DNA from: Pseudomonadales bacterium
GTDB taxonomy: Bacteria; Pseudomonadota; Gammaproteobacteria; Pseudomonadales; DC-out160
Assembly (NCBI GenBank): GCA_019090455.1
Contig: JAHRWA010000010.1
Location: 211,366-275,365 of the forward strand
Length of the DNA: 64,000 bases
Reading direction: 5' to 3'
Position 1 is the first letter of the stretch; every line of letters starts with the position of its first letter. The translations under genes were made by a program, and so were the position numbers. Shown here in pieces: positions 50,612-60,278 of this stretch. Below the pieces are notes generated by a model. The model saw only the letters and a list, made by a program, of their open reading frames with translations, made no database searches and was not told where the DNA came from.

Positions 50612-52003
50612 CTACTGACTTAAATGCGCCTGCCAAAACGGATTGTACAAATTGGGTTGCTCACCGGCATGGGCTTCAAAGCCCCAGATGCAACCCGTCA
50701 TGCCACACGGCCGCTCATAAAATACTTCCGATCGAGCTAGCGCTGACATCAAAATGCGATTGTTCTCATCGTTATCATTAAGGCCAACCCCTTGTTGATT
50801 AAGTCCCGCATTATAAAAATCACTATCTAAAAAACGGTCATGCATTCTCTTTGTCAGAAAAGCTGTTAACTTCAATGGAGGTGCAGCAGGCGCTATACTG
50901 AAGCGCTGTGCAAACCCGATATACCCTACGGCGCAAGAAAAAGCCGAATTAATACCGTTTGCCTCGCGACAAAGAACATCAGCGTCGGCAGAGCCTTGGC
51001 CCACCGTAGCAATCACGCCAGCATCATCGGTTTCAAACTGGTCGTTTGCACCCCAGTTTAAACGAGTGACCAAATTCAGTTGGCTCGTACTACCTTGCCG
51101 TTGCAGCCAGCCTTGATCCCAACTCCGATCTCGAAACCAATCTCTACTCGCCAACGCATCGATCGACTTTTCCGCTAAATCAAAAATCACATCGACATCA
51201 CCTAGAGCGTTATAACTAAGGACATTTCGAATAAGGTCATCTTGCCCATTAATTTCTAACAGTACCGCATCAAGGACAGCTTCATCTCGAGCACCAACAC
51301 GAGACTTTATATAATCAAGGTGATCAGTATTGTTAACATGAATAGTTTGAATTAACTCGGGATCTTGATAGACGGTCATTTCATGCAAGCCTGCAATCAT
51401 TTCCATAGCCTCCTGCTCTAGGGATTTCTCGCCATTAACCGCGTCATAATTCACTAGAGCATCATAGGTCGCTACTTGCGCTACAGTTTGGCTATACATC
51501 AAGGATTGGGTTAGAGCGATATAGAGAGGGGCGATATTATCGACACCGTCCCCACCAGGTCCTAGTATCTTGCCAATAGCTTCATCGGTTAACGCCAACT
51601 CAGGAAAATCCGTCATTAACCTAGTAATCACAGCGGGGTTATTTTGCCTCAAATCTGCTAGCGCACGGACCCAAGAGGTATAGCTGACCATATGCCCTAC
51701 AGCTAAATGATTAGCCATCATGGAACGATGGGTATATGCCAAAAAATTAAGCTGCCTAGCAACGACAACTGCCGCACTAAAAGCCGCAGCATCAGCCGCA
51801 TTGACCAACTGAACCTTATCATTGACGACTCGTCCAGTGTTAAAAGTGGCTAGCATTGTAAATGCCGCAAGTAAAACCAGTGCCATGCCGAGCATGAGAA
51901 CCTGGCCAGACTGACGCCGAAATCGTATAGGGGCTTGAGAAAGAAATATTTTTGGAGTTATTGCTGTAGAGCCAATGTCGGCCCCGATATATCCGTTATT
52001 CAT
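50612..52003 (-). CDS. TadG-like protein
   Basis: QSG|QVL, TM helix, QLVNAADAAAFSAA, NFLAYTHR, C-terminal PNLYNPFWQAHL. Confidence 0.8.
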   Translation of the reverse strand: MNNGYIGADIGSTAITPKIFLSQAPIRFRRQSGQVLMLGMALVLLAAFTMLATFNTGRVVNDKVQLVNAADAAAFSAAVVVARQLNFLAYTHRSMMANHLAVGHMVSYTSWVRALADLRQNNPAVITRLMTDFPELALTDEAIGKILGPGGDGVDNIAPLYIALTQSLMYSQTVAQVATYDALVNYDAVNGEKSLEQEAMEMIAGLHEMTVYQDPELIQTIHVNNTDHLDYIKSRVGARDEAVLDAVLLEINGQDDLIRNVLSYNALGDVDVIFDLAEKSIDALASRDWFRDRSWDQGWLQRQGSTSQLNLVTRLNWGANDQFETDDAGVIATVGQGSADADVLCREANGINSAFSCAVGYIGFAQRFSIAPAAPPLKLTAFLTKRMHDRFLDSDFYNAGLNQQGVGLNDNDENNRILMSALARSEVFYERPCGMTGCIWGFEAHAGEQPNLYNPFWQAHLSQ

Positions 52004-52139
52004 GCCTCCTCCTGCTTATTGTTGTCTAGCCGAGCTTAAAGAAGAAGGTTTCAGGCTTACTCTGTATTTTTTGCCTCGCCACTGGGCAGCGAACTTCCAT
52101 CACGATACTTTACATATTAAATAGAGTATTCGAAAAAGC

Positions 52140-52173
52140 AGTAGGTATAGCGGATAATTTCGCTATACCTACT
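52140..52173 (-). terminator. Terminator/attenuator after the flp pilin gene
   Basis: 13-bp stem AGTAGGTATAGCG / CGCTATACCTACT followed by GCTTTTT on the minus strand. Confidence 0.75.
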
Positions 52174-52189
52174 TGCCAAACTACATAAT

Positions 52190-52423
52190 CTACTGAAGTA
52201 CCATGGTATTAGACGGGCTAGGAGCAGCGACTGTAGTGGTTGTAGCACCAATAGTAGTACCACCTAGAAGATTTGCGGCGTTTGCCGTTTGTTCTTCAAC
52301 AACGGTTCCGAATGCGCCGAATACCACAATAGCAGAAATCGCGATAACGCCAACCATGATTAGGTACTCGGACATGCCTTGACCACGTTGGGCTTGAGAA
52401 GAGATTAATTTAGATATTTTCAC
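52190..52423 (-). CDS. flp: Flp-type major pilin
   Basis: QRG|QGMSEY (E+5, Y+6) and a hydrophobic helix; first gene of the Tad locus; GTG start. Confidence 0.82.
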   Translation of the reverse strand: MKISKLISSQAQRGQGMSEYLIMVGVIAISAIVVFGAFGTVVEEQTANAANLLGGTTIGATTTTVAAPSPSNTMVLQ

Positions 52424-52871
52424 AGGTAGACCCCTTTATTATTTTATTTCGATTTTTATATATTTTTTATTCGCTGCCCCACTCGGATCAGCTAATGAAT
52501 TTATATCACGATCTTTTAGCTAATTCCATACTTTTGATTAACTATTTCCATCAATCGTTGATATGGGAGGATTCAAAGAAAGTAAGCGCACATAATACCT
52601 ATAATAGCGAGTTTGGAAAGTTTGAAATCAAATAATTTACAATAATATACAGTATTCTTCCAGCATGGACCCAAAAGATATCCGGCGTATGCTAATCAGC
52701 TAATCAGAAGAACACCTTGATTCAAAACTAGGGAAAGACAAATGGAGCCAAGACTCTCTTATTGACTCGTGGCATACTTGATTTAGTCATTTACGGCATA
52801 CCATATTGACGTACGGCGTTTTATTTTACCTCTAACATGAAGGTTTATTCCTTAAATTTACGCATCAAAAC

Positions 52872-53828
52872 ATGAAATTATCTCGTTATTTTAAAAAAAA
52901 ATCGGGCAATCTACACTCGCTGACTACAGAGCAAAACGAAGGCAGTAACCTGGAAACTGAAGCAACCACCTCGACCAAAAATTCAATTGAAGAAACAATT
53001 CTGCCCACCTTGCTTGAACTTAATAACGTGCAATATACTCTAAAGCCCTTTAAGAAGGGCGGGATATGTGACATTTATAAAGGACTCCCCAATACAAAAG
53101 ATCTCCCCACCATTGCAGTAAAAATGATTAGAAAGGAATGGTACACTAACAGCAGAGTTAGAAGGCAGTTCAGCACCGAGTCTCAAATTGTACGAGATCT
53201 TCGGCAGGAACATCTCCCCCGTTATATTTCCAGAGGACTGCTCTCCGGTAAACCCTACTTTGCCTATGAATATATCGAAGGGTTTCGTTTAATTAACTTA
53301 TCCCAAAAGAGAGACATTTTCCCGCCAGAACTCGTGAAAGACATTGCCTTAGACATAATTTGCCAGTTATTACGCTCTCTTCACTATATGCATACTAAAT
53401 TGAATCCCATTGCCCACGGAGACATCAGCTCCGAAAATATTATTTTCGATGACTGGCACAATATCCATCTAATCGATTTCGGGTGTGCGCATTATCTAAA
53501 ACTGGCCGACAACAATGCCTATCAATGGGTAGGCAAGCCCTCGTTTATATCGCCAGAACAAGCAAAGGGAGAGCCTTGGGATCATCGTAGCGACATCTAC
53601 CAAGCAGGTATTTTGTATTATGAGCTAGCAACTGGCGCACGCTGGAATACGGGTACGAATCCTCGAAATAAAACGCTTTTTGCTGCTTCAGCTGAACCCC
53701 CAAGACCTGATTTTCTCGCAAAAGAAGCGGGAATAAATATATCAACATCAATAGCCAAAATGCTTCACCCTCAACCTCAATTACGCTATCAATCTGCCAA
53801 TAACGCATTAAAGGACCTTGAAAAATAG
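52872..53828 (+). CDS. Hanks-type Ser/Thr protein kinase (soluble, no sensor domain)
   Basis: KGGICDIY, AVK, HGDISSEN, IDFG, GKPSFISPEQ, DIYQAG, terminal R.YQSA. Confidence 0.88.
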   Translation: MKLSRYFKKKSGNLHSLTTEQNEGSNLETEATTSTKNSIEETILPTLLELNNVQYTLKPFKKGGICDIYKGLPNTKDLPTIAVKMIRKEWYTNSRVRRQFSTESQIVRDLRQEHLPRYISRGLLSGKPYFAYEYIEGFRLINLSQKRDIFPPELVKDIALDIICQLLRSLHYMHTKLNPIAHGDISSENIIFDDWHNIHLIDFGCAHYLKLADNNAYQWVGKPSFISPEQAKGEPWDHRSDIYQAGILYYELATGARWNTGTNPRNKTLFAASAEPPRPDFLAKEAGINISTSIAKMLHPQPQLRYQSANNALKDLEK

Positions 53829-53869
53829 CGCCCTATAATGGTTATTTACTATTAAATTAAGCGCACTCC

Positions 53870-54853
53870 CTAGCGGACTAAGTCACCACCTTTGTATATA
53901 CATTTAATGGCTTCACCGCCAGAGGGGTAGCACAATCCATTTCCATCCATTTTACCGTCTTTAAACTCACCTTTATATTTACTGCCATCAACCCAAGTAA
54001 AGGAGCCTTTCCCACTCATTTTGTCATTGAAGAAATCACCGACATACTGACGACCATCAGCCCAGAGATAAGTCCCTTTACCCTGCTTGATTCCACCAAT
54101 GAATTGACCCACATATTTGTGTCCGTCCGGCCAAGTTAGCACGCCTTTACCCGTTTGCCGATCATCTAAATAGTCACCAATATATTTTTCACCGCCAGCC
54201 CAGATTTCAGTACCCTTCCCGGATTTCTTACCCTTTTTAAAATCACCACTGTATTTTCTACCGTCGGGCCAGGTATACACGCCCTTACCCGAGGCTTCGT
54301 CATCTATAAAATCTCCAATTAACTTTTCACCATTCGACCAAACAAGCACCCCTTTGCCTTGTTTCTTGTCGTCATGAAATTCTCCATCGTATCGTCGCCC
54401 ATCCGGCCAGCTATAGACCCCTTTACCATTTTTGGCATCACCCTTAAACTGACCCTTATACTGTCGACCATCTCGCCAAGTGTATAGTCCCTTGCCATTT
54501 TTCTGCCCATTTATAAAACCCCCTTCATATTTTGCACCTGAGGCCCACATAAACGTACCTTTGCCGTCAAACACTCCATTTATCCACTCACCCTCATACG
54601 TTGAACCGGAAACAGTAATAAATTTCCCCTGCCCCCACATGGTATCATTCTCCCAGTCGCCCCGATAACTATCACCATTTGGCCAAATATAAGACCCGTT
54701 ACCTTGCCTTTTATTATCAATGAGCCCTCCGACATACTTAGATCCCGTTTCCCAAGACTGTAATTGAGACTCCGCTACAATTTCTTTTTGATCAGAGCAG
54801 CTGGCGACGATGGTAAATGTCGCCATCAATATAAATGCAGTTCTGTATTTCAT
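53870..54853 (-). CDS. MORN-repeat lipoprotein
   Basis: Lipobox VASC; 12 tandem 23-aa repeats of W.DG..Y.G.F..G...G.G. Confidence 0.88.
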   Translation of the reverse strand: MKYRTAFILMATFTIVASCSDQKEIVAESQLQSWETGSKYVGGLIDNKRQGNGSYIWPNGDSYRGDWENDTMWGQGKFITVSGSTYEGEWINGVFDGKGTFMWASGAKYEGGFINGQKNGKGLYTWRDGRQYKGQFKGDAKNGKGVYSWPDGRRYDGEFHDDKKQGKGVLVWSNGEKLIGDFIDDEASGKGVYTWPDGRKYSGDFKKGKKSGKGTEIWAGGEKYIGDYLDDRQTGKGVLTWPDGHKYVGQFIGGIKQGKGTYLWADGRQYVGDFFNDKMSGKGSFTWVDGSKYKGEFKDGKMDGNGLCYPSGGEAIKCIYKGGDLVR

Positions 54854-54992
54854 TAAGATAATCTACTCATGCTGTTGTCCGTTACTTTGGATTAATACCT
54901 GTAAAAGTATAATTCATCACCCTTACGAATCAATGATCGAATAATTCGTTTTCGATTTCACAATGGCCTATCGCCAAACTCCATAGCCCAAC

Positions 54993-55016
54993 AAAAAAGG
55001 CGCCATAGGCGCCTTT
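54993..55016 (-). terminator. Intrinsic terminator after the RND permease gene
   Basis: GGCGCC-containing stem with 3-nt loop followed by T6 on the minus strand. Confidence 0.75.
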
Positions 55017-55032
55017 CCGCGTTGTATTTGCT

Positions 55033-58000
55033 TCAGGTTTGACGTTTTAAGGCAAAAGCCTCTAGCCCATCATTATATCCGGCTTCCCAGCTCGCCGTCA
55101 TTTCCTCTGCATCATACTCAGAAAGCTCTCCTTCACACCCCTTTAACCCTAAGTCATAACCTTTGTCATAGGCCCCGTCAAGATCGTCATTCCAGGAATT
55201 ATCGCCGCTGGCTCTATGAGCGGTGAACCCATCTTCCAATTTTGGGTCGCTAAGTGCCTCCAACACTGCTTCAGACTCTTGCAAAGTGGACGCACTGAAT
55301 GGTTCCACCAAGTCTTCGGCAGCCAAGCTAGGCATCAATTCAGCAGCTATCACTGCATCTAACGCCAACTCTGTATTTAAATTATTTTGTAATTTATCGT
55401 TTGCCGCTTTCAATGCACCGGAAAGACCGTTTAGTCCCTGACTATCCGTTCCACTGGCGTCGTGAAACAATGAGTTAGGCAGATATTTTTTTGCAACGTC
55501 TTGAAGGTCTTCCAAAATGTGATAGATACAAGGTACCAATATCAGTGTAACAAAAGTTGCAAATAGCACTCCAAATGCCAACGACACTGCCATCGGAATC
55601 AAGAATTGTGCCTGTATTGATTTTTCGACCATTAATGGCGCTAGACCGCCGAAGGTAGTAATAGACGTCAGTACTATTGGCCTAAATCGAGCTCCGCCCG
55701 ATTCTCGAATCGCTCGTATCATCGGCACATTATCTCTGGCCTTTCGGTTGATATAATCCACCATAACCAGATTATCATTGACCACTACACCACTGACCGC
55801 ACACATCCCAATTAGAGACCAAAGTGTCACATCAATACCTATAACCATATGCCCTGCAAGAGCACCAACCAGTCCAAATGGGACAGCAAACATTACCATC
55901 ACAGGCTGAATGTAGGATTTAAATAGAATAGCCATCAATATATACATTACTAACAATGCAATGACATAGCCTTTAAGCAAGAATTTCTTAAATTCTTCAG
56001 CATTTTGCTGCGCGCCTGCTGTCCCCCATTTAGCCGCTAATTGAGGTAGAAATTGCTTTTTGACCTCCTTCATAATCTTCGCTGAATCCGCGACGATGGG
56101 GTCAACATTCGCCTTAACCCTGATAACCCGCATTCCATTAGTTCTGCGAATTAGCGTTGGCCCAGAACCATACTCAACATCAGCTACAGTCAAAAGGGGA
56201 ATACTAGATCCATCAGCTAATCGGATATTCATATTCTCCAAATACCAAAGAGAACTCCGCTCTTCAGAGGGATACCTTACTATGACTTTGACCTCTTCAC
56301 TTCCACGCTGCACACTTTGAACCACTGTTCCATGAAACGCTTGGCGAACCTGGTTCGCTACGCTATCCATTTTTAGATGCAAATCTGCTGCTACAGGCTT
56401 CAAATGCAAACTAATCTCAGATTGCCCCCTCTCAAAAGTATCCGTAATATCATAGACACCCTCGAATTCGGAGAGATATACCTTTAGTTTATCCGCCGAT
56501 TCCTTGAGAACTGAGGGATCTTCATGCGTTAACTTGATATCTATCGCTGGCCCTGGTTTATTGAATGTAGAATCATAGTTCAACTGCATAACGTCTTGAA
56601 TATCACCAACAATATCTCTCCAACGCCGGTTCAGCTCAGCACCAGAGACAATCCGGCTTTCTGAAGGCACCATTTCCATAACAACCGATCCTAAATGGTC
56701 TCCTTTGCCTCCAAATAATTGTTTACCGTATATGGTTAAAACGTTCTTAACTTGTTCCTCACCCGTCTCCTCATAGAGCTGAGATTTTAGCTTTATCGCA
56801 GCCCTTTCAATTTTCTGTATAGCTGCTTTTGTCACTTCTGCAGTACTTCCTTGCGCAAATGCTACATTAGCTACGGATATATCTGCTTCAATTTCCGAAA
56901 ACATAACAGTCTTAATCCATCCTCCAGAAAGTAAACCAGAGGACAGAATAAACAATGCGAAAAATAACGCTCCAACGGCATATCGCCAATGCAAAGCTCT
57001 CTCAAGAAAAGGCTGATACCACTCTCGTATAACATATTCCAGCGCACTCTCAAACTTAAGCTGAAATCGTCCAAACACTCCCCCACCATCAGATTTTCGG
57101 GGTTTAATAACAGATAAATGCGCTGGCAGTATCAACAAGGATTCCAGTAAGGAAAATACTAATGTCGAAATAACTACTAGCGGTACGACATACATCAATT
57201 TACCCTCGGGACCGGGTAAAAATAGCAAAGGGCTAAACATCACAATCGTAGTAAGGACAGCAAAAACGACAGGTGTAGCAACTTCCTGGGCTCCAGAAAT
57301 AGCGCCGGACAATCCCACATTCCCCGCTTTTTGATGCGTAAAAATATTTTCGCCCACTATAATGGCATCATCGACAACTATGCCTAACACCAGAATAAAC
57401 GCGAAGAGAGATATCATATTGATACTCCCACCAAATATAGGCAGCATCCAAAATGCACCCATAAATGAAATTGGGATACCTAAGCTCACCCAAAAAGATA
57501 AACGCCAGCGCAAAAATAACATAAGAATAAAAAAGACTAGGCCGAGTCCCACTGCGGCATTTTCTAACAAAAGATCGATACGACTTTTGAAATAAACTGA
57601 AGCATCATTCCAAAGACCGATCTTAATACCCTCTGGTAGGTAAGTCGTCGGACTTTCAACGTACTTATGAATGGAATCGGCTATTTCCAAAATATTTTGA
57701 CCACCAACCTGCATCACCGATAAATACACTGCTGGCTCACCATTATATTCACTGCGGCTACTACCCTGCTGAAACCCATCAATAACTCCGGCGACGTCAC
57801 GCAAATAAACCCGACCGCCATCTGGCTGACTTCTTACTATTATTTCTTCAAAAGTGTCCTTAGTGCTGATTTCTCCTTGAGCAATAATGGACATCTTGCC
57901 AAATTCATTGGAAATGGAGCCTGCGGGTATATCAACAGATTGGCGTTTTATCGCAGATGACACTTCGGCAAAACTAAGGCCATATCGTTGCATTGAAGTT

Positions 58001-58557
58001 TCTGATACTTCAATAGCTATTTCATAAGGCCTTACATTAACCATCTTAACCTGGGATATTTTTGGGTCACTGAGCAAATCACGGCGTACATTTTCGGCAA
58101 TTCGTTTAAGTGTACGTTCGTCCGCTTTACCCGATACAACAACATTACCCACTACTTGCTTAGGCATAGATTGCACAACTCGAGGTTTTTGCACGTTACT
58201 GGGAAACTTTATTCCTGACACTACATTTTGAATAAGCTCCTTAATCTCCTGAGTATCACTCCCGAAAGCCACCTTTACCTTAACCGCGGCGGCATGAGCT
58301 TTCGACACACTGGTTACACTTCCAACCCCATCTAGATCGGCAATAGCATCCTCTATTGGCATCGCGACACTTTTTTCAACTTCAGAAGGCGTAGCACCGG
58401 GGTACGCGACATATATTCCGACTTCATCCCAAACAATATTAGGAAAAGTTTCCTTTCTTGCATCCAACATCGCCACGCTACCAGCAACAAGCGTGAGTAC
58501 CATTAAGAGGTTTGCAGCAACACGATTTTCCGCAAACCACGCAATAACGCTATTCAT
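55033..58557 (-). CDS. RND (AcrB-like) efflux permease with long acidic C-terminal extension
   Basis: NRVAANLLM, GIVVDDAIIVGEN, GVVVND, RFRPIVLTSITT, LIPMAVSLAFG; about 155-aa tail after the last TM. Confidence 0.92.
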   Translation of the reverse strand: MNSVIAWFAENRVAANLLMVLTLVAGSVAMLDARKETFPNIVWDEVGIYVAYPGATPSEVEKSVAMPIEDAIADLDGVGSVTSVSKAHAAAVKVKVAFGSDTQEIKELIQNVVSGIKFPSNVQKPRVVQSMPKQVVGNVVVSGKADERTLKRIAENVRRDLLSDPKISQVKMVNVRPYEIAIEVSETSMQRYGLSFAEVSSAIKRQSVDIPAGSISNEFGKMSIIAQGEISTKDTFEEIIVRSQPDGGRVYLRDVAGVIDGFQQGSSRSEYNGEPAVYLSVMQVGGQNILEIADSIHKYVESPTTYLPEGIKIGLWNDASVYFKSRIDLLLENAAVGLGLVFFILMLFLRWRLSFWVSLGIPISFMGAFWMLPIFGGSINMISLFAFILVLGIVVDDAIIVGENIFTHQKAGNVGLSGAISGAQEVATPVVFAVLTTIVMFSPLLFLPGPEGKLMYVVPLVVISTLVFSLLESLLILPAHLSVIKPRKSDGGGVFGRFQLKFESALEYVIREWYQPFLERALHWRYAVGALFFALFILSSGLLSGGWIKTVMFSEIEADISVANVAFAQGSTAEVTKAAIQKIERAAIKLKSQLYEETGEEQVKNVLTIYGKQLFGGKGDHLGSVVMEMVPSESRIVSGAELNRRWRDIVGDIQDVMQLNYDSTFNKPGPAIDIKLTHEDPSVLKESADKLKVYLSEFEGVYDITDTFERGQSEISLHLKPVAADLHLKMDSVANQVRQAFHGTVVQSVQRGSEEVKVIVRYPSEERSSLWYLENMNIRLADGSSIPLLTVADVEYGSGPTLIRRTNGMRVIRVKANVDPIVADSAKIMKEVKKQFLPQLAAKWGTAGAQQNAEEFKKFLLKGYVIALLVMYILMAILFKSYIQPVMVMFAVPFGLVGALAGHMVIGIDVTLWSLIGMCAVSGVVVNDNLVMVDYINRKARDNVPMIRAIRESGGARFRPIVLTSITTFGGLAPLMVEKSIQAQFLIPMAVSLAFGVLFATFVTLILVPCIYHILEDLQDVAKKYLPNSLFHDASGTDSQGLNGLSGALKAANDKLQNNLNTELALDAVIAAELMPSLAAEDLVEPFSASTLQESEAVLEALSDPKLEDGFTAHRASGDNSWNDDLDGAYDKGYDLGLKGCEGELSEYDAEEMTASWEAGYNDGLEAFALKRQT

Positions 58558-60278
58558 TGAGCAGATTCCTCAAGCAATCGAGGAATAACTGCCTCTGCCG
58601 CACCTTTAGAGTTCACTTGAGGGCGATTGACTTGAATGTCGTTGGTTGCGACCTTTTGGCTAGGTTTATTTTTTAGATGAGCAGTGGGGCTAGTACTCTC
58701 TACTTGAGGCTTTTTCACAGAAGCCGCCTGATCTGACCTGTTCTTATACGCTGCCGAATTGTTTTCTAAATTTGCTTTCGCTGCTATACGATCAAGAATT
58801 GCTTTTACATCATTTTCTTCATTTTTGTTTTTAACCGATTCTACTGTCTCAACTCTCTTTTCCAAGTTTGCGAATTTATGCTCTCCCCCCCCCCTTACCA
58901 ATTCTATTTCATTTGAGATATTTGAAGCTTGCTTCCCATGCTCCTTATTTTGCTCCAACCCACTAATATCATCATTCGAATGAATACTATTTTTCTTCGG
59001 TTCAGCTTGTTTAATTGGACGCTGTTTAATTGGCCATGAGTCATTGGTATCTGTTGCCAATTCTTCGTTAAAATCTCGCCCCTTCGCGACGACGTTACTG
59101 CCACTATCGACGATATCCAAATTATCCTCGTGAGTTGATCGTACTCTCATCCCCTCAATAGCAACATCCAAGCGGGTAACAACCACTTGATCGCCTGGTT
59201 GTAATCCACTGGCGATATAAACCAACTCTCTGCCTTTATGTAAAATGCCTAAACTTCTTTTTTGTAATCGCTCATCGGAATCAACAATCCAAACTTTATC
59301 CCCATTTCGAAGTACTTTTCTGGGCAAAACAACCACATTAGAGTATTCCTTTCCTTGTACCTGCGCTTCAACAAATTGGCCGGCAGATAGAGGAGGTCGA
59401 CCTGGTTGTTCCGAGTCACGCTCATAAGGCCCTTCTATTTGCGCAACGATATAAATCAGTCGGTTTCGCATATCAATTCCACCTTCCGTGCGCACGACTT
59501 TACCTGACCACAGGTAATTTTGGCCGGCATATGCTAATTGGAGTGTTACTGGCGGCCCCTCATTGGCAGCATCTTGCCCTTGGTATCTTACCGGTGCGTT
59601 AACCAGGCTTAATTGGTGATCCGACAAAGGAAGCCTTACCTCTGCTTGATCCACAGCATATACTCGCGCTATCTGCATACCAGGAGTTACGTACTGACCT
59701 CGACCAATAAAAGCCTCTCTAACCCTACCGTCGAAGGGTGCGAACACTTTGGCTTTCGCAATCTGATTGTTAGCTATTTTGACATCGGCCTTAGCCGCAT
59801 TTACATTGGCTAGGGCCTCGCGCTGCTGCGCTTTTTTGAATTTTTTGGATCGTTTGATACCATTAACTTCATCGTCATCAAGTCCCTGATTCGCAATCAA
59901 TCGATCATAGGCTTGTTGAACCGATATCAAGCGGGCTTCAGCTTTGGTGATTTGTAGTTTGTATCGTGTTGCGTCGACTTCCAACAATAGTTCATCTTTT
60001 TTGAAAAAACCGCCGCTGGCAAAATTGGAAGACACCTTGATAACTCTTCCGGCCACTTCGGTGACTATCTGTAACTCGGAACCCGGACTAATTAGTCCTC
60101 GAGAATACACAGGTATAGAGACAGTCTGCGTCATTGCCGTTGTCACGGTAACTGGTGGGGTTTGAGGTTTATAGGCAACCTCTGTGGGCGCTGGAGACAT
60201 TGAATTTAAGACAAAATACCCCCCCAGACCACTCGTTATTAATAGTATGGGGACAAAAGATCTAATAAAAATATTCAT
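58554..60278 (-). CDS. RND periplasmic adaptor (MFP) with long low-complexity C-terminal tail
   Basis: N-terminal anchor, EVAGRV, APFDGRV, GQFVEAQVQG, GLQPGDQVVV; ATGA overlap with the permease gene. Confidence 0.9.
   Translation of the reverse strand: MNIFIRSFVPILLITSGLGGYFVLNSMSPAPTEVAYKPQTPPVTVTTAMTQTVSIPVYSRGLISPGSELQIVTEVAGRVIKVSSNFASGGFFKKDELLLEVDATRYKLQITKAEARLISVQQAYDRLIANQGLDDDEVNGIKRSKKFKKAQQREALANVNAAKADVKIANNQIAKAKVFAPFDGRVREAFIGRGQYVTPGMQIARVYAVDQAEVRLPLSDHQLSLVNAPVRYQGQDAANEGPPVTLQLAYAGQNYLWSGKVVRTEGGIDMRNRLIYIVAQIEGPYERDSEQPGRPPLSAGQFVEAQVQGKEYSNVVVLPRKVLRNGDKVWIVDSDERLQKRSLGILHKGRELVYIASGLQPGDQVVVTRLDVAIEGMRVRSTHEDNLDIVDSGSNVVAKGRDFNEELATDTNDSWPIKQRPIKQAEPKKNSIHSNDDISGLEQNKEHGKQASNISNEIELVRGGGEHKFANLEKRVETVESVKNKNEENDVKAILDRIAAKANLENNSAAYKNRSDQAASVKKPQVESTSPTAHLKNKPSQKVATNDIQVNRPQVNSKGAAEAVIPRLLEESAQ

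Noticed and set aside
53870..54853. 69-bp periodicity considered as a CRISPR-like array
   Set aside because: Explained by in-frame MORN protein repeats with degenerate codons; no cas genes.
55033..55200. Stand-alone rmf gene
   Set aside because: The RMF-like segment is in frame with the RND ORF, with no separate start or RBS evident, and it is acidic.
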